This document shows, in pieces, positions 1-8,808 of a DNA stretch of 64,000 nt. Position 1 is the first letter of the stretch. Each line of letters opens with the position of its first letter. The stretch lies in contig CBDCNQ010000005.1 in NCBI GenBank assembly GCA_965219445.1, positions 800,001 to 864,000 on the forward strand, written 5' to 3'. Below the pieces are notes generated by a model that ran no database searches, was not told where the DNA came from, and saw nothing but the letters and a program-made list of their open reading frames with translations. The stretch is from Longimicrobiales bacterium. Its GTDB lineage: Bacteria; Gemmatimonadota; Gemmatimonadetes; Longimicrobiales; Gaopeijiaceae. A program made the position numbers and the translations under genes.

Positions 1-2177
1 ACCTGCAAATTCGCCCTGGCTCCGACATCGCGGTCCTGGGCGGGATGATTCACAAGGTCCTCGACGAAGGGCTCTTCCACGAGGAGTACGTCCGGCTGCA
101 CACCAACGCCTCGTTCATCGTGGAAGAGGGCTTCGGATTCGAGAATGGTCTTTTCGCGGGATTCGACCAGGCCCAGGGCGCCTACGACCGGACGGCCTGG
201 GAGTATGAGCGCGGCTCGGACGGCTTCGTGCGGCGGGACATGACCCTCCAGGACCCGCGCTGCGTCTTCCAGCTCATGAAGAGCCACTACAGCCGCTATA
301 CGCCCGAGGTGGTCGCGCAGATCGCGGGATGCTCCGCCGAGCAGTTCCTCGCCATGGCGGAGATCGTATGCTCGACGGGGACGGCCGACCGGGTCGGCAC
401 GATCATGTACGCCGTGGGCTGGACCATGCACACCGTCGGGAGCCAGATCATCCGCACCGCGGCGATCCTCCAGCTCATCCTCGGCAACATCGGCCGGCCG
501 GGAGGGGGTATCAACGCGCTCAGGGGTCACGCCAACGTGCAGGGCGCAACGGACCACGCCATCGTCGCCGGCATTCTTCCCGGCTACCTGAGTGTGCCTG
601 TTCCGGATCAGACGTCTCTGGCGAGCCATCTCACGGAGTCCACGCCGAGACCGCTGGTGCCCGACACCGTCAACTACTGGGGCAACTATCCCAAGTTCAT
701 GATCTCCCAGCTCAAGGCGTGGTTCGGCGATACGGTCGGGCCCCAGAATGAGTTCGGATATCACTACCTGGGCAAGCCAGGGGGCGACGCAACGTGGCTC
801 TCCATGTGGGACCAGGCGCATAAGGGAAGGCTCGAGGGGCTCGTGGCCTTGGGCTTCAATCCGCTCCTGGCCGGACCGGATGTGCCCCGCCTCCTGAGAG
901 CCATGGCGAACCTGCAGTGGAAGGTGGTCATCGATCCGTTCATGCTGGATTCCGCGGAGTTCTGGCGGGCCCCGGACGTCGATCCCGCCGAGATCCAGAC
1001 CGAGGTGCTCTACCTTCCGGCCACGCACTGGGTCGAGCGGGCGGGATCCTTCACCAACTCGGGCCGCTGGGCCCAGTGGAAGGAGCAAGCCATCGACGCA
1101 CCGGACGGGGTCCGCTCCGACACCTGGATCCTCTCCGAGCTCTTCTGGCGCGTGCGGGAGCTGTACGAAGCCGAGGGTGGCGCCTACCACGAGCCGATCC
1201 TCAACCTCCAGTGGAACTACCTGAACCAGCGGGAGCCACGCCTGGAGGAGTTGGCACAGGAGATCAACGGGTCCGACCTCCGGACGGGCGAGCTCCTCTC
1301 GTCCTTCGGCCAACTCCGCGACGACGGCACGACCACGTCGGGAAACTGGCTCTACACGGGCAGCTTCACGGAAGAGGGGAACATGATGGCTCGGCGCGGG
1401 ACCGACGACCCCTCCGGCATGGGCTTTCATCACGACTGGGCGTTCAGCTGGCCCGCGAACCGGCGTGTGCTCTACAACCGGGCTTCGGCCGACGGGGAGG
1501 GCAGACCGTGGGATGTCAGCCGGTCGGGAATCCGATGGACGGGAGAGCGGTGGATCGGCGACGTCCCCGACTACGGCCCGACCACGCCGCCCGATCAAGC
1601 GGGCGCGTTCATCATGACCGAGGAGGGTGTGGCTCGGCTGTTCACGACCTATCTGGTGGACGGACCGTTCTCCGAACACTACGAGCCGGTGGAGAGTCCC
1701 ACGCCCAACATCCTGCACGATGATGTTCCGACCAACCCGCTGATCCATTGGTACGACGGTGTCCAGGAGACTCTCGCCAACGGCACGGACGACTACCCGT
1801 ACGCGTGCACGGTCTACCGCGTCGTGGAACGCGAGCATTTCGTCACATCCCACGTCCCGTACCTCGTTGAGTTGATGCCGGACTTCTTCGTCGAAGTCCC
1901 CTATGGTCTCGCCGAGGAGAAAGGGATCGAGAACGGCGAGCGGGTCCGCGTGTGGTCCAAGCGCGGTGAGGTGGAGGGAGTGGCCGTGGTCACGAAACGG
2001 ATCAAGCCCCTCACCGTAAACGGCCAGACGTGCTGGACCGTAGGCATCCCAGTGCACTGGGGGTTCAAAGGGATCACTACGGGCGCCATGGCCAACAACC
2101 TCACGCCCTTCGTCGGCGACGCCAACACGAGCTGCCCTGAGTTCAAGGCCTTCCTCGTGAACATGGAGAAAGCCTGA
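1..2177 (+). CDS. fdnG: Formate dehydrogenase (Fdh-N/O type) catalytic alpha subunit, 5'-truncated by window edge
   Basis: Frame is open from base 3 (LQIRPGSDIAVLGGM...). Motifs LGNIGRPGGGINALRGHANVQGATD, ERAGSFTNSGRWAQW, WPANRRVLYNRAS and C-terminal PEFKAFLVNMEK. Confidence 0.95.
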   Translation, partial: LQIRPGSDIAVLGGMIHKVLDEGLFHEEYVRLHTNASFIVEEGFGFENGLFAGFDQAQGAYDRTAWEYERGSDGFVRRDMTLQDPRCVFQLMKSHYSRYTPEVVAQIAGCSAEQFLAMAEIVCSTGTADRVGTIMYAVGWTMHTVGSQIIRTAAILQLILGNIGRPGGGINALRGHANVQGATDHAIVAGILPGYLSVPVPDQTSLASHLTESTPRPLVPDTVNYWGNYPKFMISQLKAWFGDTVGPQNEFGYHYLGKPGGDATWLSMWDQAHKGRLEGLVALGFNPLLAGPDVPRLLRAMANLQWKVVIDPFMLDSAEFWRAPDVDPAEIQTEVLYLPATHWVERAGSFTNSGRWAQWKEQAIDAPDGVRSDTWILSELFWRVRELYEAEGGAYHEPILNLQWNYLNQREPRLEELAQEINGSDLRTGELLSSFGQLRDDGTTTSGNWLYTGSFTEEGNMMARRGTDDPSGMGFHHDWAFSWPANRRVLYNRASADGEGRPWDVSRSGIRWTGERWIGDVPDYGPTTPPDQAGAFIMTEEGVARLFTTYLVDGPFSEHYEPVESPTPNILHDDVPTNPLIHWYDGVQETLANGTDDYPYACTVYRVVEREHFVTSHVPYLVELMPDFFVEVPYGLAEEKGIENGERVRVWSKRGEVEGVAVVTKRIKPLTVNGQTCWTVGIPVHWGFKGITTGAMANNLTPFVGDANTSCPEFKAFLVNMEKA

Positions 2178-3217
2178 TGGCCCCGGACGAAGGCATGCTG
2201 ACCCAGGGCGCGCAGGCCTCTCAGGGCGGCCTCCGCGTCAGGCGGATCTCAGCTACACCAGGCCACTCGCTCGAGCGAGGGCCCGACGGCGCGCCCGCTC
2301 CCCGAACGGGACCCGAGTACGCAAAGCTCATCGACATCTCGCGCTGTATCGGCTGCAAGGGGTGCGAGGTGGCGTGTAAGGAGTGGAACGAATTAGGTGT
2401 GGAGCCCACGGAGAACTTCGGGAGCATGCAGAGCCACCGTGACCTCGGCCCGGACACGTGGCTCCTCATGCGCTTCAACGAGATCGAGGTCGCGGATGAC
2501 CTCCAGTGGCTGATCAAGAAGGACGCCTGCCTTCACTGCGAGGAGCCCGGTTGCTTGTACGCGTGCCCGGCTCCGGGGGCCATCGTCCAGTACGAGAACG
2601 GGATCGTCGACTTCAACCAGGAACAGTGCATCGGCTGTCAGCTGTGCGTATCGGGTTGCCCCTTCGACATCCCCCGGTTCAATCCGGACACCAAGAAAGT
2701 CTACAAGTGCAACATGTGCGTCGATCGGGTCGAGGCTGGTCTGGAGCCGGCGTGTGTGAAGACCTGCCCCACGAACGCCATCTCCTGGGGCACGAAAGAG
2801 GACATGGTCAGGCTGGCGGAGAAAAAGGTGGAGGGTCTGCAAGGGCGGGGCTTCGAGAACGCCACCCTCTACGACCCAGCCGGCGTGGGCGGCACGCACA
2901 TGATGTACGTAGTGCCGCACGGGGACCAGCTCGACGAGTACGATCTACCGGCTGATCCCACGGCCGCCCCGGGAGCCCTCGCCGCCCTAGGGGGCCTACG
3001 GCAGCTCGGCGCCTCCGCGCTCGGCCTCGGACTCCTGGCCACTGCGCTCCACTACCTTGGATTCGGACCCCAGGAGCCCGAAGCGGAGGCGGTCGGGTCG
3101 GGCGACGGCGCTGGGATGTCTGGGCCAGCACCCGTAGGCGGCGGAGCGGGTGCCAGAGCGGGCGGCGGGGTGGGGCCGACGGCAACCGGCGAAGCCGACA
3201 GAAGCACCGACGCATGA
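2177..3217 (+). CDS. fdnH: Formate dehydrogenase iron-sulfur beta subunit
   Basis: Four Cys clusters (CIGCKGCEVAC, CLHCEEPGC, CIGCQLCVSGC, CNMC...CVKTC), GVGGTHMMYV and a C-terminal TM helix; overlaps the alpha stop. Confidence 0.95.
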   Translation: MAPDEGMLTQGAQASQGGLRVRRISATPGHSLERGPDGAPAPRTGPEYAKLIDISRCIGCKGCEVACKEWNELGVEPTENFGSMQSHRDLGPDTWLLMRFNEIEVADDLQWLIKKDACLHCEEPGCLYACPAPGAIVQYENGIVDFNQEQCIGCQLCVSGCPFDIPRFNPDTKKVYKCNMCVDRVEAGLEPACVKTCPTNAISWGTKEDMVRLAEKKVEGLQGRGFENATLYDPAGVGGTHMMYVVPHGDQLDEYDLPADPTAAPGALAALGGLRQLGASALGLGLLATALHYLGFGPQEPEAEAVGSGDGAGMSGPAPVGGGAGARAGGGVGPTATGEADRSTDA

Positions 3218-3849
3218 ACGACCGCGGTGAACTTCAGCGGTTCACATACGCCGAAAGGGTCATGCACTGGATGGCGGGCCTCTCCTTCGTGTTTCTCCTG
3301 TTCACCGGGCTGGCCTTCTCTCACCCACGGCTCTATTGGATCACTAGCCTGGTCGGCGGCGGATCGACGGCTCGAGTCCTTCACCCGTGGATGGGCGTCC
3401 TCTTCACCGGCTCGATGGCGGTCATGTTCCTCATGTGGGCCAAGGACATGGCGGTGCACGACCGCGATCGGGCATGGCTTAAGGCCGTGAAACACTATGC
3501 TGTCCACGACAAAGACAACGTGCCTCCGGCGGGCAAGTACAACGGTGGTCAGAAGCTGTTCTTCTGGTCGATGGCCCTTCTCGGCATCGCCTACGTTGTG
3601 ACCGGGATTCCCATGTGGATGCCCGGCGGTGCCCTGGGCCTGGGCCCATTCTACGGAGGCGTGGTGAACGCCATGCGCTTGGTCCATTACCTCTCCACCG
3701 TGGCCGGCGGCCTGCTCTTGATCGTGCACGTCTACCTCGGGACCATCGCTTATCCGGGGACGCTCGGCGGGATGCTTCACGGATCCGTGTCGCGCGCGTG
3801 GGCCAAGCTCCACCACCCCCTCTGGCAGAAGGAGCGATCCGGGCCCTGA
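3214..3849 (+). CDS. fdnI: Formate dehydrogenase cytochrome b gamma subunit
   Basis: RFTYAERVMHW, GKYNGGQKLFFW, four TM helices with heme His residues, WAKLHHPLW; ATGA overlap. Confidence 0.93.
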   Translation: MNDRGELQRFTYAERVMHWMAGLSFVFLLFTGLAFSHPRLYWITSLVGGGSTARVLHPWMGVLFTGSMAVMFLMWAKDMAVHDRDRAWLKAVKHYAVHDKDNVPPAGKYNGGQKLFFWSMALLGIAYVVTGIPMWMPGGALGLGPFYGGVVNAMRLVHYLSTVAGGLLLIVHVYLGTIAYPGTLGGMLHGSVSRAWAKLHHPLWQKERSGP

Positions 3850-3888
3850 GCCCCGACGGCTCTGGCACCATGGGCAGGCTCTAGACCT

Positions 3889-4758
3889 ATGGGCAGCCCC
3901 CAAGTGGGGAATCCCTGGAGTGCCCGTCGCGCCCGGGCCATCGATCTTGTCGACCGTGCTCCCCATGCGGAGGAGATGCTCACGTTCTACGTGGCACTCA
4001 CCGAGGCGCAGGAGAGCGTAGCCGAGCTTGTGCCGGTAGCGGACTGGCTGGGGCTCGTTCGGTCACACGAGGGCGACTTTCCATGGCTCCGCGTGGAAAG
4101 GCTTCCCCTCGATGAACTCGCCCTCTCCTTCGGCGATTTCCTCTCCAAGGTCGCGGAGTTCGGAAACGAGACGATCAAGGATGGCGCCCGGGTGCTGCTC
4201 TCCCAAGACGATGACCGGCGGCTCGAGCCGCTTCGCGCGGCGCTTGCCGCCTGGAGGAAGGGAGAGGGAGAGGGAGAGGGAGAAACAAAGACTGAGACAG
4301 AGGCGGACGAATTCTTCTTTTACGCCCGTGCCTTCCTCGAGGCCGTAGTGACGTCAATCGCCAAGACGGACTCGAGTCAGCCCACGGACTGGAAGCAGAA
4401 CGTATGCTTTGCATGCGGCAGCACACCCCAGGTGGCGGTACTCCGAGATCTCCCCGACGCCGTCGGTCAGCGCAGTCTGATGTGCTCCATGTGCGGGACC
4501 GAGTGGCGCTTTCAACGCCTCACGTGTCCTCACTGCGGTGAGATCGAGGCGGACAAGCTTCCGGTGCATACAGCGGAGTCCATTGCCCACGTCCGGGTCG
4601 ACGCGTGCACGACGTGCTCCCGGTATATCAAGACGGTGGACCTAAGGGAGAAGGGTGACGCCATACCGCTGGTCGATGAACTGGCCGCGGTGGAGCTGGA
4701 TCTCTGGGCGCAGGAGCAAGGACTGACGAAGCTTCGGGCGAACGTGCTGGGACTGTAG
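3889..4758 (+). CDS. fdhE: Formate dehydrogenase accessory protein FdhE
   Basis: Four CxxC motifs (CFAC, CSMC, CPHC, CTTC), YIKTVD and DELAAVELD; directly follows fdnI. Confidence 0.9.
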   Translation: MGSPQVGNPWSARRARAIDLVDRAPHAEEMLTFYVALTEAQESVAELVPVADWLGLVRSHEGDFPWLRVERLPLDELALSFGDFLSKVAEFGNETIKDGARVLLSQDDDRRLEPLRAALAAWRKGEGEGEGETKTETEADEFFFYARAFLEAVVTSIAKTDSSQPTDWKQNVCFACGSTPQVAVLRDLPDAVGQRSLMCSMCGTEWRFQRLTCPHCGEIEADKLPVHTAESIAHVRVDACTTCSRYIKTVDLREKGDAIPLVDELAAVELDLWAQEQGLTKLRANVLGL

Positions 4759-4885
4759 GGCTCACGCGCTCGTTGCCCTTACAGACACCCGGCGGACTTA
4801 AGCATTCCGCATCACATAGATCGTCCAACCCACGTCGAATCGCGCTCCCAAATGTGTCCATGTCTGGATGGGACAGATTTCCGGC

Positions 4886-5323
4886 TCAACGGCAATCCTC
4901 CGCATCCACCACCCTGAACCCTTCCAACCGCGCAGCCTCAGCAAGGCGGGCATCACGTGTACAGAAGGGGTGCCCACTGGGTCGGTCATCCGCCCAGACC
5001 ATGGCCGCCCCGATCTGCAGGGCGTCTGCCGCCCGTAAGGGATGGCGGAGTAGGATGCGACCGGCGTGCTCGCGTACCCCGTCCGTGGGAAGCACCTCAG
5101 TCCACGACGAAGCGAGCGTCTGTAGAAGGCTCCGCGCCACATCCACTTCCCGGTTGGAAAGGACACCGTCCCGCCCCACACGCGCCAGCGACGAGGCGCA
5201 CTCGACCGGTGTCCCCCACCAGACGACCATGGCCGGATCGCGCTCCAAGGCGGCTCGCAACGGGGCCGTCGTCGGCTCGTCGATGATCAGCGGGATCAAC
5301 GCTGAGGTATCCCAGAAGATCAC
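4886..5323 (-). CDS. vapC: PIN-domain (VapC-family) toxin
   Basis: FWDTSAL, VEC, LRAADALQ, TRDARL acidic PIN residues; overlaps the upstream antitoxin. Confidence 0.88.
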   Translation of the reverse strand: MIFWDTSALIPLIIDEPTTAPLRAALERDPAMVVWWGTPVECASSLARVGRDGVLSNREVDVARSLLQTLASSWTEVLPTDGVREHAGRILLRHPLRAADALQIGAAMVWADDRPSGHPFCTRDARLAEAARLEGFRVVDAEDCR

Positions 5324-5607
5324 CAGCCTTCAGCCCGCTCCTCCAAGGCGGCCGCCCCGCACCGGCCGGAGGGATCCTTCGGCCGAGCCCGACCCCAGAA
5401 ATCGTCGGGGAGCGCGGCGCTGGGTGGCCGAACCAATCCCTGTTCTATGAGCGCCTCCATGGCGCTCTCATACTCGCCTTTGGGCAGGGGCGTGACGATG
5501 GCCACAGGGGACCCTCGGTCGGTAACCACGAGCGTGTCGCCGCTCCGAACTCGACGGAGGAACTCGGAGAGCCGAGCCTTGAGGACTGACACTGAAACGG
5601 TAGCCAT
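5320..5607 (-). CDS. Phd/YefM-family antitoxin
   Basis: VSVSVLKARLSEFLRRVRSGDTLVVTDRGSPVA is the typical Phd N-terminus; 95 aa, upstream of the PIN toxin. Confidence 0.88.
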   Translation of the reverse strand: MATVSVSVLKARLSEFLRRVRSGDTLVVTDRGSPVAIVTPLPKGEYESAMEALIEQGLVRPPSAALPDDFWGRARPKDPSGRCGAAALEERAEGW

Positions 5608-5650
5608 ATGACTAAGATAGTCATAATAATATGATCAGACTAGTTATCAT
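5607..5650 (-). promoter_or_regulatory. Probable autoregulatory operator and promoter of the phd-vapC operon
   Basis: Perfect palindrome TATGACTA-aga-TAGTCATA (5607-5625) overlaps a TATCTT -10-like hexamer 6 nt before the ATG. A second imperfect ATGAT-N10-ATCAT lies at 5631-5650. AT-rich island in GC-rich DNA. Confidence 0.65.
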
Positions 5651-5826
5651 CGCGCGACTCGGGCCGGTGATTCGTTCCGGAGCCGAAATAGCGGCCGGCC
5701 GCAACGTGGGTGGCCAGGTCGTCAACACGGAGCCGTCCACTTGTTTTTGCGTCGTATGCGGAGCATTGTGGCGGTTGAGTATCTTCCTGCTCGGCAGGCA
5801 TCACCCCCTCCCGTGAAGGAGAAGCC

Positions 5827-7011
5827 ATGACCAGCCCGATGAATTTCGACGTCACCCGGCGTGAGCTACTGCGGCGAGGAGGGCTGGTCACGGTTGGACT
5901 TGCCGTAACTCCGGTGGCTGGTTGGCCGGCCACCTGGTTCTCGCAGGAGTTCAGGGTGGTGCCGTTCACGGACGTGCCTGAGGACTTTACGGGGCTTCGA
6001 GGGGGGGCAGGCGGCGGGTTCCCCGGTCAGAACCTAGCCGCCCAGGACTTGAGGCAACTCTCTGAACGGGTGACTCCCACCGAGGACTTCTTCGCCGTCG
6101 CCCATTACGGGTATCCCGAGTTGGACGCCGCCTCCTACCGCCTCCGGGTCACCGGCCTTGTCGAGCGGCCGCTCACCCTGACACTCGACCAGCTCAAGGC
6201 GCGGCCGAGAGTCGAGCTCAATCCCGTATTCGAATGCTCCGGAAATTCGCGAGGACGGTTCCACGGCATGGTGGGCAACGCCATCTGGGCCGGAACGGCG
6301 CTCATGCCACTGCTCGCCGAAGCAGGGCCGACGGCCGATTCGAGGGAGGCCTATTTTTGGGGTGCCGACACAGGAATGGAGGAAATTCGAGGCGCCGAGT
6401 ACGAACAGAATTTCGCTCGCTCCATGTCACTCGACCACGTGACGGAAACGGGCCCGATCCTTGCCTACGAGATGAACGGCGAGCCTCTGACCGTGGTCCA
6501 CGGCTTTCCGGTGCGCCTCATTGTTCCCGGCTGGTACGGAGTCTGCCAGGTCAAATGGCTCCAGAGGATCGAGTTGAGCGCCGATCGTCTCATGACACGC
6601 TTTATGGCCAAGGACTACGTCACGCTCATGGGCCGGGAGACGGACGGAGGGACCGAGTGGGTGGAGACGTCGGTTACGCACCAGAGGGTCAAGTCGGTAG
6701 TCGCGAGGGTGACTCGCTCCAACAACCAGTTCAGGGTATTCGGCGTGGCTTGGAGCGACGGAACGCCACTGGATAGGGTCGAGGTCCGGATTGACGACGG
6801 AGCTTGGCGTGCTGCCACACTGGATCGACCGGACGATCCTCATTCATGGACGTTCTTCACGCTCGATACCCAGGGACTCGAACCAGGCGAGCACACGGTG
6901 GTTTCACGCGCCATCGATGAGGACGGCCGTACGCAACCGGTGGACCTCAGCATGAAGATGACCCGTTGGGAGAACAACGAGCTGTTTGTGCGTACCATAC
7001 AGGTGTCCTAA
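5827..7011 (+). CDS. Tat-exported sulfite oxidase-family molybdoenzyme
   Basis: TRRELL twin-arginine signal; Mo-ligand Cys in FECSGN; LAYEMNGEPL, HGFPVRLIVPGWYG, VKWL; C-terminal Ig-like dimerisation domain; GGAG RBS. Confidence 0.88.
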   Translation: MTSPMNFDVTRRELLRRGGLVTVGLAVTPVAGWPATWFSQEFRVVPFTDVPEDFTGLRGGAGGGFPGQNLAAQDLRQLSERVTPTEDFFAVAHYGYPELDAASYRLRVTGLVERPLTLTLDQLKARPRVELNPVFECSGNSRGRFHGMVGNAIWAGTALMPLLAEAGPTADSREAYFWGADTGMEEIRGAEYEQNFARSMSLDHVTETGPILAYEMNGEPLTVVHGFPVRLIVPGWYGVCQVKWLQRIELSADRLMTRFMAKDYVTLMGRETDGGTEWVETSVTHQRVKSVVARVTRSNNQFRVFGVAWSDGTPLDRVEVRIDDGAWRAATLDRPDDPHSWTFFTLDTQGLEPGEHTVVSRAIDEDGRTQPVDLSMKMTRWENNELFVRTIQVS

Positions 7012-7074
7012 CCGCGGCTCATTCGATTGGGCTCGAAGGCCTGATCACCGCTGCGGTGTCCTGAGGGGATTCCA

Positions 7075-8076
7075 ATGAAGAGACTGAGACTCGCGGGCAT
7101 GTTGGTCCCCCTCCTCGTGGCGGCTGCCTGCGGGGCGCCAGATCAACCGGCCACCTCCGGCGCCGGGGTCATCCTGCGCGTCGACCCGCGTTTCGACGCG
7201 CTCGTTCCCATTGACGCTCGAATCGAGAAATTGGCCGACGGGTTCGTCTTCACCGAAGGGCCGGTTTGGATCCGGGACGAATCGCGGCTCCTGTTCTCCG
7301 ACGTGCGGGCCAACGTCCTCTATCAGTGGACCGAGGCGGAGGGGGCGAGCCCCTTGATCGACCCGGTGTTCGAGGGCGACCTCGCTGGCCGTGGGTCAGT
7401 CAGCTCCAACGGTCTGACGCTCGACGCGGAGGGTCGACTCATTATCTGCGAGCACGGAAATCGCCTCATCTCACGGCTCGAGCGAGATGGCACGCGCACA
7501 ACGATCGTCGACAACTACCAGGGAAGACGGCTGAACAGCCCTAACGACGCCGTCTACAGCACGGACGGTTGGCTGTATTTCACCGATCCCCCCTATGGGC
7601 TGGAGGGCCAAGACGAGTCGCCGTTGCGAGAGCTCGATTTCAACGGCATCTACCGGCTGTCTCCCGACGGCGAACTCGAGCTGCTTTTTGCGGATCAGAC
7701 CCGCCCGAACGGTATCGCCCTCTCGCCCGATGAGAGGACGCTCTACGTGGCAAACTCCGATGCGAACGACAAGGTCTGGTACGCCTATGACGTGGGCGAT
7801 GACGGTCTGTCGAACCCGCGCGTGTTCTACGACGTGAACGATCAGACGGCGCCGGGGGGCGCGGATGGCATGACCATCGACCTCGATGGGCACCTCTTCG
7901 CGACGGGGCCGGGCGGGGTCTGGGTGTTCGCGCCCGACGGCACACACCTGGGCACCATCCAACTCGATGAGGTGGTGGCTAACGCCGGCTGGGGCGATGA
8001 CGGGCGCACGCTCTACATGACCGCGAGCACGGGTCTGTATCGAATTCGCCTGACTACGGAAGGGGCGATTCTGTAG
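7075..8076 (+). CDS. SMP-30/gluconolactonase-family lipoprotein
   Basis: Lipobox-like AAAC; FTEGPVW, SNGLTLD, LNSPND, YFTDPPYG, PNGIALSPD, ADGMTID. Confidence 0.9.
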   Translation: MKRLRLAGMLVPLLVAAACGAPDQPATSGAGVILRVDPRFDALVPIDARIEKLADGFVFTEGPVWIRDESRLLFSDVRANVLYQWTEAEGASPLIDPVFEGDLAGRGSVSSNGLTLDAEGRLIICEHGNRLISRLERDGTRTTIVDNYQGRRLNSPNDAVYSTDGWLYFTDPPYGLEGQDESPLRELDFNGIYRLSPDGELELLFADQTRPNGIALSPDERTLYVANSDANDKVWYAYDVGDDGLSNPRVFYDVNDQTAPGGADGMTIDLDGHLFATGPGGVWVFAPDGTHLGTIQLDEVVANAGWGDDGRTLYMTASTGLYRIRLTTEGAIL

Positions 8077-8117
8077 AAGGCCGAGCCGACTCCCCTGATC
8101 CCCCCCCGAGGCCTGAG

Positions 8118-8776
8118 ATGATCCGCGCGGTAACCCTTACTGTCGCTCTGCTCAGCCTCTTCACGGCCCCCGCCGCCGCGCAGGACTTCCCACTCGCCTC
8201 CCCCGAGGAGGTCGGACTTTCGTCCGAGCGCCTCCAGCGAATCGACGACGTTTTCCGTAGCTACGCCGAGGAGGGTCGCATCGGGGGGGCGACCGCTTCT
8301 CCCGCAGCTATGGACACGAGGGGGCGGAACGGACCCTCACGCTCGGTGACACGCTCCGCTTCACGCGGCCCCCCACGATGTTCTCCGGGGGCGGTGGACT
8401 CGTCTCCACCGCGCACGACTATGCCAGGTTCGCCCAGATGCTGCTCAATGGAGGGGAATTGGACGGGGCTCGGATCCTCGGTCGGAAGACGATCGAGCTG
8501 ATGACCGTCGATCACCTGCCAGACGGGGTTCCCACCGAATTCTTATCACCCGGATGGGGCTTCGGGCTCGGCTTCACTGTGAAAAACGAGGCGGGCATGG
8601 ACGGAATGCCCGGATCGGTGGGGAACTATTACTGGTACGGCGTGCAGGGGACGTCCTTCTGGGTCGATCCCGAGGAAGACCTCATCGGTATCTTCATGAT
8701 TCAGATTCGGCCGAATCGTGACATCACGTTCCGCCGGCAGTTCAAGCGGCTGGTGTATCAGGCGGTGATCAACTAG
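8118..8776 (+). pseudogene. Serine hydrolase/beta-lactamase-family gene with internal deletion and frameshift
   Basis: Signal peptide plus ASPEEVGLSSERLQRID in one frame. From 8291 another frame reads DRFSRSY...FSGGGGLVSTAHDYARFAQMLLNGGELDG...FWVDP. The central SxxK region is missing; the junction lies at a G7 run (8283-8289). Confidence 0.8.
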
Positions 8777-8808
8777 CCGCCTCTGGGGGGGGGTCTACCG
8801 GAGCGGGT

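Noticed and set aside
1..2177. Selenocysteine codon/SECIS in the formate dehydrogenase
   Set aside because: The Cys/Sec ligand position lies upstream of the window; no in-frame TGA is seen here.
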